Assembly: GCA_031549365.1 (NCBI GenBank)
Contig: JAVBPX010000004.1
Location: 32,001-96,000, forward strand
Direction: 5' to 3'
DNA length: 64,000 bases
Source of the DNA: Alphaproteobacteria bacterium
GTDB taxonomy: Bacteria > Pseudomonadota > Alphaproteobacteria > Rs-D84
In this document: positions 19,605 to 28,242 of the stretch, one piece after another
Layout of the letters: each line of letters begins with the position of its first letter
Numbering within the stretch: position 1 is the first letter of the stretch
Notes under the pieces: model-generated
Told to the model about the DNA's origin: nothing
The model's database searches: none
The model's input: only the letters and a program-made list of their open reading frames with translations
Made by a program: the position numbers and the translations under genes

Positions 19605-20486
19605 TTATTTAGTTTCTTCTTCGGCCACTTTTCTTGCTTCTTTTTCAATCAGCTTGTCATGACGTTCGTTTTTTGCTTCGGATTTTTTGGATTTTGTTTT
19701 CAATTCTTTTTCTTTGATTTCATCTTCCAATTCTTCCAATTTGTCGCCAGCAACCAACATATCAGATTCAGCTTTTTTAACATTAGATTGGCCCAAACGT
19801 TTTTCAATTCCGGACAATATAGCACCCGCAGCCAAATCACAATACAATTGAATTGCACGACTGGCGTCGTCATTACCTGGAATTGGGAAATCAATTAATT
19901 CTGGATTTGCATTTGAATCGCAAACAGCAATGATTGGCAAATTCAAAACTTTGGCTTCCTTGATAGCATTGTATTCGCGTGGCACGTCAATAACAACAAC
20001 AGCTTGTGGTGTACCGTGCATTTCCAACACACCGCCAAAAGCATCGCGCAATTTTGCAACTTCGCGCGTCATGTTCAAAACTTCTTTTTTGGTCAAACCC
20101 AGAGATTCTGCATCTTCGATTTGTTTTTCCATTGCTTTTAAACGACGGATTGATTGTGAAATTGTTGACCAGTTTGTCATCATTCCACCCAACCAACGGT
20201 TATTTACATAAAATTGTCCGCAACGTTCCGCAGCATCTTTGACGATTTCACGGGCTTGTGGTTTTGTTGCAACGAACAAAATTTTTCCACCGTTTGCAGC
20301 AACTTCTTCCAATTTTTCCATGGCGCGGTGCATCAAAGGCGCGGTTTTGTTCAAATCCATAATGTGGATTTTATCTTTCACACCAAAAACATATGGTGTC
20401 ATTTGTGGGTTCCAACGACGAGTATGATGTCCAAAATGCACACCTGCTTCGATCAGTTGTTTCATAGTAAATTTTGGTAAAGCCAT
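19605..20486 (-). CDS. rpsB: 30S ribosomal protein S2
   Basis: EAGVHFGH..RWNP, RWLGGMMTN, PGNDDA. Confidence 0.98.
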   Translation of the reverse strand: MALPKFTMKQLIEAGVHFGHHTRRWNPQMTPYVFGVKDKIHIMDLNKTAPLMHRAMEKLEEVAANGGKILFVATKPQAREIVKDAAERCGQFYVNNRWLGGMMTNWSTISQSIRRLKAMEKQIEDAESLGLTKKEVLNMTREVAKLRDAFGGVLEMHGTPQAVVVIDVPREYNAIKEAKVLNLPIIAVCDSNANPELIDFPIPGNDDASRAIQLYCDLAAGAILSGIEKRLGQSNVKKAESDMLVAGDKLEELEDEIKEKELKTKSKKSEAKNERHDKLIEKEARKVAEEETK

Positions 20487-20635
20487 AATAATTCCTTTTT
20501 GTTTACCAGTTAGTTCCTCGGCTACATAAAAACATCGGAAATTCCGACACCGGATGGTCAATTGGGAACACCCCAAAAACCGATATGTAACCTGTGTATT
20601 TGTCGAAAAAATCAAATTTTCACGACAGTGCGCCC
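20487..20635 (-). promoter_or_regulatory. rpsB 5' leader (S2 autoregulatory / t44-like)
   Basis: Structured leader with GGTTACATA / TATGTAGCC stem, central GGGGTG and a hairpin; upstream TTGATT-N18-TATAAT promoter. Confidence 0.6.
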
Positions 20636-20773
20636 ATTATATAACCAAAAACAATGAAAAATCAAGTAAAAACATTAACTTAAAAACATCAACTAATTTG
20701 GAAAAAATTGTTGACAAATCAAATAGAATAGATAACATAATGTACAAACAGCCAAACTAAAAAGGAGCTTAAC

Positions 20774-21091
20774 ATGAAAATAGAAATAAATACATATCAG
20801 GCATATAAAAGTGACAATAGCGGTTTTCCATCAATATCAAAAAGTCATTTTAAAAGACTGAGTACTAATAATGAAACAACCTATGGCTATACCGAAGCAC
20901 TAGAAATTATTGGACCGTGCTATTTGGCCACATCTTGGGATGTTGAACAAGAACTGCCAAAAAACAGCAATTTTCCCATACGATATAACAAAATAAAAGA
21001 TTCAGACTGTTTGGTTTGGATCACAATAAATCCCGTTGAATTAAAACCTAACTTTTACTTCGGATTACTAGCAAAAGCAACAAGTCGATAA
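20774..21091 (+). CDS. Orphan hypothetical protein
   Basis: Own TTGACA promoter, RBS AAGGAG and terminator 21095-21125; codon usage looks atypical (AGA, CTA, AGT). Confidence 0.65.
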   Translation: MKIEINTYQAYKSDNSGFPSISKSHFKRLSTNNETTYGYTEALEIIGPCYLATSWDVEQELPKNSNFPIRYNKIKDSDCLVWITINPVELKPNFYFGLLAKATSR

Positions 21092-21094
21092 TTT

Positions 21095-21125
21095 AAATAA
21101 CCCCGAAATTTTTCGGGGTTATTTT
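21095..21125. terminator. Bidirectional terminator
   Basis: AAATAACCCCGAAA-tt-TTTCGGGGTTATTT. Confidence 0.85.
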
Positions 21126-21128
21126 TTA

Positions 21129-21347
21129 TCACAATTCTTCAATTTCAATCAATTTGTCCCGTCCTGTATCACCACGAATAATTTTAATACGCGATTTCGG
21201 GACCCCATAATGCTTTGCCAGCAATTCGGCAACCGCCCTGTTTGCTCTACCATCTTCTGGAACCGTTGTAACATAAACCCGTATCGGATCACCATCAACA
21301 ATCCGATTTTTCGATGAATTTGGCGTAACACGAATATTTATTTTCAT
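21129..21347 (-). CDS. DUF167/YggU-family protein
   Basis: RVTPNS, PEDGRAN, GDTGRDK motifs. Confidence 0.88.
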   Translation of the reverse strand: MKINIRVTPNSSKNRIVDGDPIRVYVTTVPEDGRANRAVAELLAKHYGVPKSRIKIIRGDTGRDKLIEIEEL

Positions 21348-22969
21348 CTGCGGGCCACTTGTTTTTTGGCAACCGCTTTTTTCGCATTTGCATTTATTTT
21401 TTTAGACATATTTACTGTTTTTTTGTCGTTCACATTTTTTTTAGCACTTTCCAATTTCGCAGCTTCTATTTTTTGATTATTTAATTTTTCCAACTTGGCA
21501 ATCTTGGCGCGATACAAATCATTCGGTGCATATTTTTCAGACAGCGTATAATTTGCCAATGCCATTTTATTATCGTGCATTTTTTCGCACGACAGCCCAG
21601 CATTATAATGGGCCATAGCCAAAGCATTCTTATCCATCTTAAGAGCATCCAATTTGCGCAAATTACGAACTATCTGGCGACTGTCTTCATAACGTCCCAA
21701 ACGATATAAAACAAAGCTTAAATCACTATATGCTTGGGCATTTTTTGGATCAATGGATATAATATGTTTAAAGATTTCAGACGCAGATTCCAAATCACCC
21801 TGATCCACAGCCAACAATGCTTTTTTGGATAAATAACCAATATTTTTTTCATCATCCGATGATTTTACGCGCTCTGCTATCAAAACACCCGACCCATTCA
21901 TCGCATCTATATAATTTATTGTTTCTTTTTCATATTTAGCATCCAACAAAACCCGTCCCGACTGAACGCGAGCCAAAACTTTGTTTGGAATAACCTCTGA
22001 AATTTTGGATTTTTTGTTTGTATATTCATAACATTTTTCCAATTTTTCATAATCAATTTTATAAAAACCATCTTTATCGCGATTATATAAAACTCCGCCA
22101 CCGTTACTCTTCAAAGTTTTATTAAAATCATACATCGCAGCTTGTGGAATATTAACAAATTTTACCCAATCAATTTTACCGATATAACAATATGCTTCAA
22201 ACGCACGGCGAATTTCCAACCCTGATGCACGAACGCCCCCAGCACTTAAAAATCCCGTAAAATGCTTTGCAACTGTTTCCGATTTTGCACCATTCATTAA
22301 ATCTTTTAACACACTGGTTGGGTGTTTAATCGGATATCGTTTTAATAATTTTAACATTTCGGCCTTGGTCGCATTTCCAGACCGGTATAATTTTCGAATA
22401 CGCGCCCAACGTTCATCACGAACGCGATTTGGATCAGGGGATTCAAACATCCCTGCCCCACCATTATAAACGAACGAGGCCAACGCCAATGTTTGTTCAG
22501 CACTTAATTCAAGATTTGCAACACAGCAAACATAAAAATACAATGTTAAATATGTTTCAATTTCCAAATGCCATTGAACAATTTCATAACCTTGGTCTGG
22601 GTTTTTTAACGACTTGGTCGAAGGCCCAATAATCCCATCGGGGGAAACCGTACTACCATAACCAATAGTCCATGTCCCGATCGGATTTCCTTTTTTATCA
22701 TATTTATCGTTATACACATTTGGTTTGAATTCTTCATGCAAACACAAAAAAGCCAACATATACGGATCCAACTGATGGCATTGCGTAACATACTCATTAT
22801 ATGTTTCAACATTTTTCAATTTTACATTTTCGATTGTTTTTTCACGTCTGTTTTCTTTGATATTATCAACTATTTTTTTGGCCCCAATTCCACCCAAAAT
22901 CACAGCAGGAATCCCCAATAACAGAGTTGCACGTTTTAATTTCGATTTGATAATAGATTTTTTTGCCAT
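21344..22969 (-). CDS. GH24 (phage-type) lysozyme domain protein with N-terminal TM and C-terminal TPRs
   Basis: HEEFKPNVYND...WTIGYG, ALASFVYNGG, GLEIRRAFE; TPR repeats (IDPKNAQAYSDLSFVLYRLGRYEDS, AHYNAGL). Confidence 0.75.
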   Translation of the reverse strand: MAKKSIIKSKLKRATLLLGIPAVILGGIGAKKIVDNIKENRREKTIENVKLKNVETYNEYVTQCHQLDPYMLAFLCLHEEFKPNVYNDKYDKKGNPIGTWTIGYGSTVSPDGIIGPSTKSLKNPDQGYEIVQWHLEIETYLTLYFYVCCVANLELSAEQTLALASFVYNGGAGMFESPDPNRVRDERWARIRKLYRSGNATKAEMLKLLKRYPIKHPTSVLKDLMNGAKSETVAKHFTGFLSAGGVRASGLEIRRAFEAYCYIGKIDWVKFVNIPQAAMYDFNKTLKSNGGGVLYNRDKDGFYKIDYEKLEKCYEYTNKKSKISEVIPNKVLARVQSGRVLLDAKYEKETINYIDAMNGSGVLIAERVKSSDDEKNIGYLSKKALLAVDQGDLESASEIFKHIISIDPKNAQAYSDLSFVLYRLGRYEDSRQIVRNLRKLDALKMDKNALAMAHYNAGLSCEKMHDNKMALANYTLSEKYAPNDLYRAKIAKLEKLNNQKIEAAKLESAKKNVNDKKTVNMSKKINANAKKAVAKKQVARR

Positions 22970-23091
22970 TTTTCACCTACGATAATTTTCCTAAATTTTA
23001 CCACAAAGTCAACCATTTGTCAAAAATTTAAATTATATATTTCATTCATACTCTTGATTTTATACCTAAAAAATGCTATAATACTCGTGCT

Positions 23092-24378
23092 ATGGGCATT
23101 AAAAACAAAACACATTATTTGGAAAAACCAATCAAACGCCGAACCGTATTGTTGGCGGGCGGCGGGGTTTGTTTAATGATATCTTTGTCCCCTGGCATTT
23201 CATGGGCTGTATCAAAAAACACTTTGAAAAATGTGCGCACTGGGAAACAGCCTGATGATAAAACGCGCATTGTTTTGGAAACTTCGTCAAAACCCGATTA
23301 TGAAATTTATTATTTACAAAATCCAAACCGTATTATGATTGATTTGCCAAACACAAACGGCATTTCCGCTGACAAAGATTTAATTTCCGGATCACTGGTA
23401 TCAAAATTTTCAATTGTACAAAAGGATGCCAACGGATTACGTTTAATATTCACATTGAAAAATCCAGCCATGCCCGTTGCATCTGAAAATTTATTTGCAT
23501 TAAATCCATCAAATGGGACTGGACATCGATTGGTAATGGACATAAAAAAAACAACCGAAGCAAATTTCAAACGCGCCGTAATAAATAATGCACGCGCGAC
23601 AAATAAAAAAACGGATACCGTCTTTTTCTCGTCTGCAACAACAGCAGGAACCGCAACCCAATCAGTTCCACAATCAAACAATAATTCTACGCCATCAAAT
23701 TCGGACAAACCAATCATCGTCATTGATCCCGGACATGGAGGCAAGGATCCAGGATGTATTGGTCGTGGCGGAACACGCGAAAAAGATGTAGTATTAAACG
23801 TCGGCAAAAAACTGGCCACTCAATTGCGAAATTCCGGTAAATATCGCGTTTATATGACACGCGATACTGATATATTTTTAAATTTGGATACACGTTCTGG
23901 CATTGCTGAAAAAAAACACGCTGACTTATTTATATCATTACACGCAAATGCAAATCCTTCACGCCAAATGCGCGGATTTTCTGTTTATACTCTGTCCAAA
24001 AAAGCTTCGGACGCCGAGGCGGAAAAACTGGCCGAGGCTGAAAACGCATCCGATAAAATCGCATTTGACGGATTTGAAAAATATGAACCAGATATCCGCA
24101 GCGCACTGGGTTCATTACAACAACAAATGGTAGCCCAAACATCTGTATCATTTGCGGAACAGGTTGTAAAATACAATCGGGGCAAAGCAATAATTGCCCA
24201 GGATAAACCCCGTCGTTTCGCAAATTTTGCAGTATTACGTTCATCAATCCCGTCCGTATTATTTGAAATTGGACATTTATCAAACGCAACCGAAGAAAAA
24301 CTGTTAACAAACGCAACCCATCACACAAAAATCATAAATGCATTAATCGCAGCTGTTGATAATTTTGAATTTGTGTAA
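23092..24378 (+). CDS. amiC: N-acetylmuramoyl-L-alanine amidase (AMIN plus Amidase_3)
   Basis: Tat-like signal KRRTVLL, AMIN domain (PNRIMIDL), IDPGHGGKDPG, SLHANA, SVLFEIG. Confidence 0.9.
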   Translation: MGIKNKTHYLEKPIKRRTVLLAGGGVCLMISLSPGISWAVSKNTLKNVRTGKQPDDKTRIVLETSSKPDYEIYYLQNPNRIMIDLPNTNGISADKDLISGSLVSKFSIVQKDANGLRLIFTLKNPAMPVASENLFALNPSNGTGHRLVMDIKKTTEANFKRAVINNARATNKKTDTVFFSSATTAGTATQSVPQSNNNSTPSNSDKPIIVIDPGHGGKDPGCIGRGGTREKDVVLNVGKKLATQLRNSGKYRVYMTRDTDIFLNLDTRSGIAEKKHADLFISLHANANPSRQMRGFSVYTLSKKASDAEAEKLAEAENASDKIAFDGFEKYEPDIRSALGSLQQQMVAQTSVSFAEQVVKYNRGKAIIAQDKPRRFANFAVLRSSIPSVLFEIGHLSNATEEKLLTNATHHTKIINALIAAVDNFEFV

Positions 24379-24447
24379 TAAACACCCTTGAAATCCGCCA
24401 TAATTCAATTATATAGTGCGGACAATTAACAAAAAAACAGGAAAACC

Positions 24448-24948
24448 ATGTCTGAATCATTAAAAAACGAAATTGTTAACGAAAATACATCTGATACATC
24501 CACTGAAAATATGGTTAATATTGAAACGGAATTGCGCTCGGAAATCGCATTATTAAACGATAAATATTTACGCGCAATTGCCGATGCCGAAAACACAAAA
24601 CGACGCGCACGATTGGATGCCGAATCCATGTCAAAAACACGCATGGTTCGCCTGGCAACCGACATATTTCCAGTTTTGGATGCCGTTCGCGCAGCAATCG
24701 CAAACGCCACAGATATTCAATTGGACGGATTGTTGTTAATTGAAAAATCTGCACTTGATGCATTGGGCAATGCTGGGATTAAACCAATCCCAACCGTTAA
24801 TGCAATATTTGATCCAAAACTACACTTTGCTGTAAATACAGAAAAACGCGACGATTTGGCAAAAAACACCATTTTGGCTGAATTGCAATCAGGATTTACC
24901 CTGGATGATATAGTTTTACGCCCTGCAATGGTGATGGTTTCCGCATAA
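24448..24948 (+). CDS. grpE: Nucleotide exchange factor GrpE
   Basis: YLRAIADAENTKRR, FDPKLHFAV, GFTLDDIVLRPAMV. Confidence 0.93.
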   Translation: MSESLKNEIVNENTSDTSTENMVNIETELRSEIALLNDKYLRAIADAENTKRRARLDAESMSKTRMVRLATDIFPVLDAVRAAIANATDIQLDGLLLIEKSALDALGNAGIKPIPTVNAIFDPKLHFAVNTEKRDDLAKNTILAELQSGFTLDDIVLRPAMVMVSA

Positions 24949-24992
24949 ATTCTGAATTTTTCCTTGCATTTAACAAACGAATAAATCATAAT

Positions 24993-25030
24993 GGCCTTCG
25001 CCTGTCCCGACACCCTTGGAGGCAGACAGG
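24993..25030 (+). promoter_or_regulatory. Probable L25 (rplY) leader hairpin
   Basis: CCTGTC...GACAGG stem enclosing GACACCCTTGGAGGCA, just after a TTGCAT-N17-CATAAT promoter; resembles alphaproteobacterial rplY leaders as recalled, not searched. Confidence 0.55.
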
Positions 25031-25059
25031 AAATTAACTAAAATAAAAAGGTCAAAAAC

Positions 25060-25698
25060 ATGTCTAATAAAATTAATCTGACCGTCGGAATTCGTGAACG
25101 TGTTGGCAAGGGGGCCGCACGAGCATCCCGTCGTGATAAAAAAATCCCTGGCGTTATTTATGGTAACAAAAAAGAACCAGTTGCAATTGAAATCAATGCA
25201 CACGAATGGTCGCAATTGATCAAACAACCGGGATTATACACCAAAGAATTCGATATTAAAACACCAAATGGCGCCGAAGTTGCCATGTTGGCAGACATCC
25301 AATATCACCCTGTAACTGATGTACCAACACACGTTGATTTCACACGTATTGATATTAACAAGGAAGTATTGGTCGACATTCCATTGACATTGATTAACGA
25401 AGAAATCGCCCCAGGCGTCAAAGCCGGCGGCGTATTGAATTTCGTTATGCGCGAAGTTACAATTTCCGCAAAAATCGCAAAAGTTCCTGCATCCATTGAA
25501 ATCGATGTTGCAAATATGAACATTGGCGACGTTATTCACGGATCTGACTTGAAATTGCCATCGGGCGTTTCATTGGCCAACAACATGGCTGACGAAGCAT
25601 TCGTTGCAATCACAGGCCAAGCCGAAGAAAAAGAAGAAGCCGCAGTTGCTGCAGACGCAGTCCCAGCAACCAAGGCCAAAGAAGAAGCAAAAAAATAA
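25060..25698 (+). CDS. rplY: 50S ribosomal protein L25/Ctc
   Basis: GKGAARASRR..IPGVIYG, QYHPVTD..HVDF, C-terminal TL5 domain. Confidence 0.96.
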   Translation: MSNKINLTVGIRERVGKGAARASRRDKKIPGVIYGNKKEPVAIEINAHEWSQLIKQPGLYTKEFDIKTPNGAEVAMLADIQYHPVTDVPTHVDFTRIDINKEVLVDIPLTLINEEIAPGVKAGGVLNFVMREVTISAKIAKVPASIEIDVANMNIGDVIHGSDLKLPSGVSLANNMADEAFVAITGQAEEKEEAAVAADAVPATKAKEEAKK

Positions 25699-25720
25699 TT
25701 GCCACTTCGCTTCAATCAAC

Positions 25721-25745
25721 AAGCCCTGCACGTGCAGGGCTTTTT
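25721..25745 (+). terminator. Rho-independent terminator
   Basis: AAGCCCTGCACGTGCAGGGCTTTTT. Confidence 0.85.
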
Positions 25746-25805
25746 AATGTAATAATAAATCCCCCGGCTGGACCGGGGGGATGGCTTTTCGACAACATAT
25801 TTTAA

Positions 25806-26903
25806 TCATGGATTGGTAAGCCTAAATTCAATCCTACGATTTTGCCTTAAAGACATTTCATCATTACCGGATGATATCGGATACATTTCACCAAAACCTG
25901 ATGGGATTAAGCGACTCTTGTCCACGCCCTGACTCTGCAAAAATTTTGTAACAGACATTGCGCGCGCCAATGACAATTCACGATTATTCTTAAATGATTT
26001 TGTGCCGGGTTTGACAGGCTTAATATCGGTATGCCCATCAACACGAATAATCCATGGCGTACCGGCCGGAATTTTGATTTCCATTGTGCGGATAACATTC
26101 GCAATTTTAATCAATTGTGTGCGCCCTACTGGCTCTAATTCCGCAGATCCGGACGCAAACAAAATTTCGGTCGGCAAAACAAATCTATCATCAGATATAT
26201 CAATTCCGTCCATTCCGCCCAATGACATTTTCATAGCTTTGAAAAATTCGGATTGATATTCCATATATTCAGCCATTTTATTTGCCAGCGCACGATTTAA
26301 TCGCGTTGACATTTCAACGAATTGAACTTCTTGTTCGCGGGCGCGTTCATCGGATTCGGCCAACGCAGCATTTAATTTTGCCAATTCATCTGTTAAAATT
26401 CTTTTTTGTTCTTCGCGGTCACGTAATGCCGCATCCGATTCCATAATCTTGCCTTCCAATCCCATAACCAAATTATTTAAATCGGCCTCACTCATTTCCA
26501 AATCCTGGACCTGTTGTTGATAACGAACTATATCAGCACGGGTTTGATCACGTTCCATTTGCATCTGTTCCATCGCCATACGAATTTGTTCCAACTCGGA
26601 CCGCAATTGTTCGCGCTCTAAATCTAATTGTTGGGCTTGATGTTGAACCTGCATGATAACTTGTTGTGATTGCAATTCTCGTTCGGCCAAATTTTTCAAT
26701 TCCAATTCTTGATCCGCACGGACTTGTTCCAATTCGGCAACTTTTGCCTTGGTATTTTCACGGGCCGGGCCAGAAAACACATTAGTCATTGTATACAAAA
26801 AGATAAATACAATTAATAAAAATATTAAAATAATAACCAAATTTGAAAACAGATCAACAAATGCAGGCCATGCGTTTTCACGTTCTTTGCTTCTTTTGAA
26901 CAT
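25806..26903 (-). CDS. MotB/ZorB-like membrane protein with coiled coil and OmpA peptidoglycan-binding domain
   Basis: WPAFVDL TM with the stator Asp, long coiled coil, LFASGSA, VDGHTD, NRELSLARA, NRRIE. Confidence 0.85.
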   Translation of the reverse strand: MFKRSKERENAWPAFVDLFSNLVIILIFLLIVFIFLYTMTNVFSGPARENTKAKVAELEQVRADQELELKNLAERELQSQQVIMQVQHQAQQLDLEREQLRSELEQIRMAMEQMQMERDQTRADIVRYQQQVQDLEMSEADLNNLVMGLEGKIMESDAALRDREEQKRILTDELAKLNAALAESDERAREQEVQFVEMSTRLNRALANKMAEYMEYQSEFFKAMKMSLGGMDGIDISDDRFVLPTEILFASGSAELEPVGRTQLIKIANVIRTMEIKIPAGTPWIIRVDGHTDIKPVKPGTKSFKNNRELSLARAMSVTKFLQSQGVDKSRLIPSGFGEMYPISSGNDEMSLRQNRRIEFRLTNP

Positions 26904-28110
26904 TTCCCCTCTCCTTGTTTAATATAACAACCTTTTTTGGACGTCCCACCTTGCGCACCAATTTTGGTTCAGCTTTCACCAATCTTGGACGCCCAACAGG
27001 ACGAACAGCAACTGGCTCTGATTTAACAGATTTCAAACGAACCGCTGCCGCCGATTTAATCGGCAACGCGGCGGTCATATTATCCATCGATTTTCCCATT
27101 TGCATCATAGCATCCGCCATCATTTTATTCTGTGCCTGGGTTTCATGAATTAACTTTTCCAATACTGGTTTTAATTCAAAATAACCGACAGCCAGTTTTT
27201 GCAAATCTAATGTTTTCTCTTGCGTAGAGGCTGCCAGAGCAGTTACTCCCGACGCCATAGAAGAAACCTTCCTCATAGTATCCATAGATGTTTTTTCAGC
27301 ACCGCCCAGCGATTTTTCTAGCATTTGAACAGATCCCGATAATTCATCCAACACCGATTGAATATATGTTAAAACAGTTTCTTCGCCACGTGCAGCAACG
27401 CCCAAATATCCAAACAATTTTGTTTGATCGGCCAATTGTTCTTCCAGTTCACGATAAACAACATTTTGCGCCAGCGATGCCTGTAATGCCAAAAACCCAA
27501 CTATCAATGATCCAGACAATCCCAAAAACGACGAACTAAACGCAGTACCCATGCCGGACAACGGGGCGAGCAACGTTTCTCGCATTGCATCAAACACAGC
27601 CGACGGATCGGAATCCGCACCCAAAGTCATCGATGCCAAAATATCCGAAAATGATTGAATCGTATGTAACAATCCCCAAAAAGTCCCCAACAATCCCAAA
27701 AAAATTAAAACATTTGTAATGTATCGAACTTGTTCACGCTGATCTTCGAAACGATCCATAATCATACTCAAAAAAGATTGCAAAGTTTGTGATGAAATGT
27801 ACGGTTTGTTTTGCTGACGTACCGACACCAACATTTTTGCCACAGGCTTTAATACATACGGAGGCAATTCCGCATCACGTTTTTTATCCACAAAAAAACG
27901 TTTCATCCAACGATATTCAGGCAATAATTGAAACACATGAACAAAACATAAAATTGTTCCAAACAAAAAGCACCCTAAAATTATTCCATTTAACCATGGG
28001 GCTGTCGCACAAATCCTAATAAATTCATCAAAAAACATAATGATCCCGATTGCAATCAAAGCAATAAAAATAACCATTCTGTTTAATATCCTGTGGAAAC
28101 GGCTGTTCAT
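26878..28110 (-). CDS. MotA/TolQ/ExbB (ZorA-like) proton channel protein with long cytoplasmic tail
   Basis: LIFLGLLGTFWGLL, LSGMGTAFSSSFLGLSGSL, helical tail ending in two VKxEPxxVRxVGRP repeats. Confidence 0.85.
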   Translation of the reverse strand: MNSRFHRILNRMVIFIALIAIGIIMFFDEFIRICATAPWLNGIILGCFLFGTILCFVHVFQLLPEYRWMKRFFVDKKRDAELPPYVLKPVAKMLVSVRQQNKPYISSQTLQSFLSMIMDRFEDQREQVRYITNVLIFLGLLGTFWGLLHTIQSFSDILASMTLGADSDPSAVFDAMRETLLAPLSGMGTAFSSSFLGLSGSLIVGFLALQASLAQNVVYRELEEQLADQTKLFGYLGVAARGEETVLTYIQSVLDELSGSVQMLEKSLGGAEKTSMDTMRKVSSMASGVTALAASTQEKTLDLQKLAVGYFELKPVLEKLIHETQAQNKMMADAMMQMGKSMDNMTAALPIKSAAAVRLKSVKSEPVAVRPVGRPRLVKAEPKLVRKVGRPKKVVILNKERGNVQKKQRT

Positions 28111-28242
28111 GTAAAAATCCCTCTGTTATCAACAAAGGAATTCTAGCAAAATTCATAAAATCCTGTCAACACTGAAATAGCATTAAAAAAATATGATTAT
28201 TTTCCTTGATTTTAAAATACTGTAATCTAGAATTCCATCGCT

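Noticed and set aside
19257-19898. 213-aa + strand ORF and many other overlapping ORFs in the track
   Set aside because: Antisense or alternate-frame shadows of clear genes (tsf/rpsB, nifJ and others) with no RBS or motifs
21344-22969. Prophage lysis module, together with lrgAB
   Set aside because: No structural, integrase, holin or spanin genes adjacent; lrgAB is 40 kb away and is a common housekeeping pair
27884-27892. TTATCCACA DnaA box
   Set aside because: Single copy inside a CDS with no oriC context
25806-28110. Complete Zorya defence system or flagellar stator
   Set aside because: No zorC/D/E or flagellar genes nearby; codon usage looks host-like
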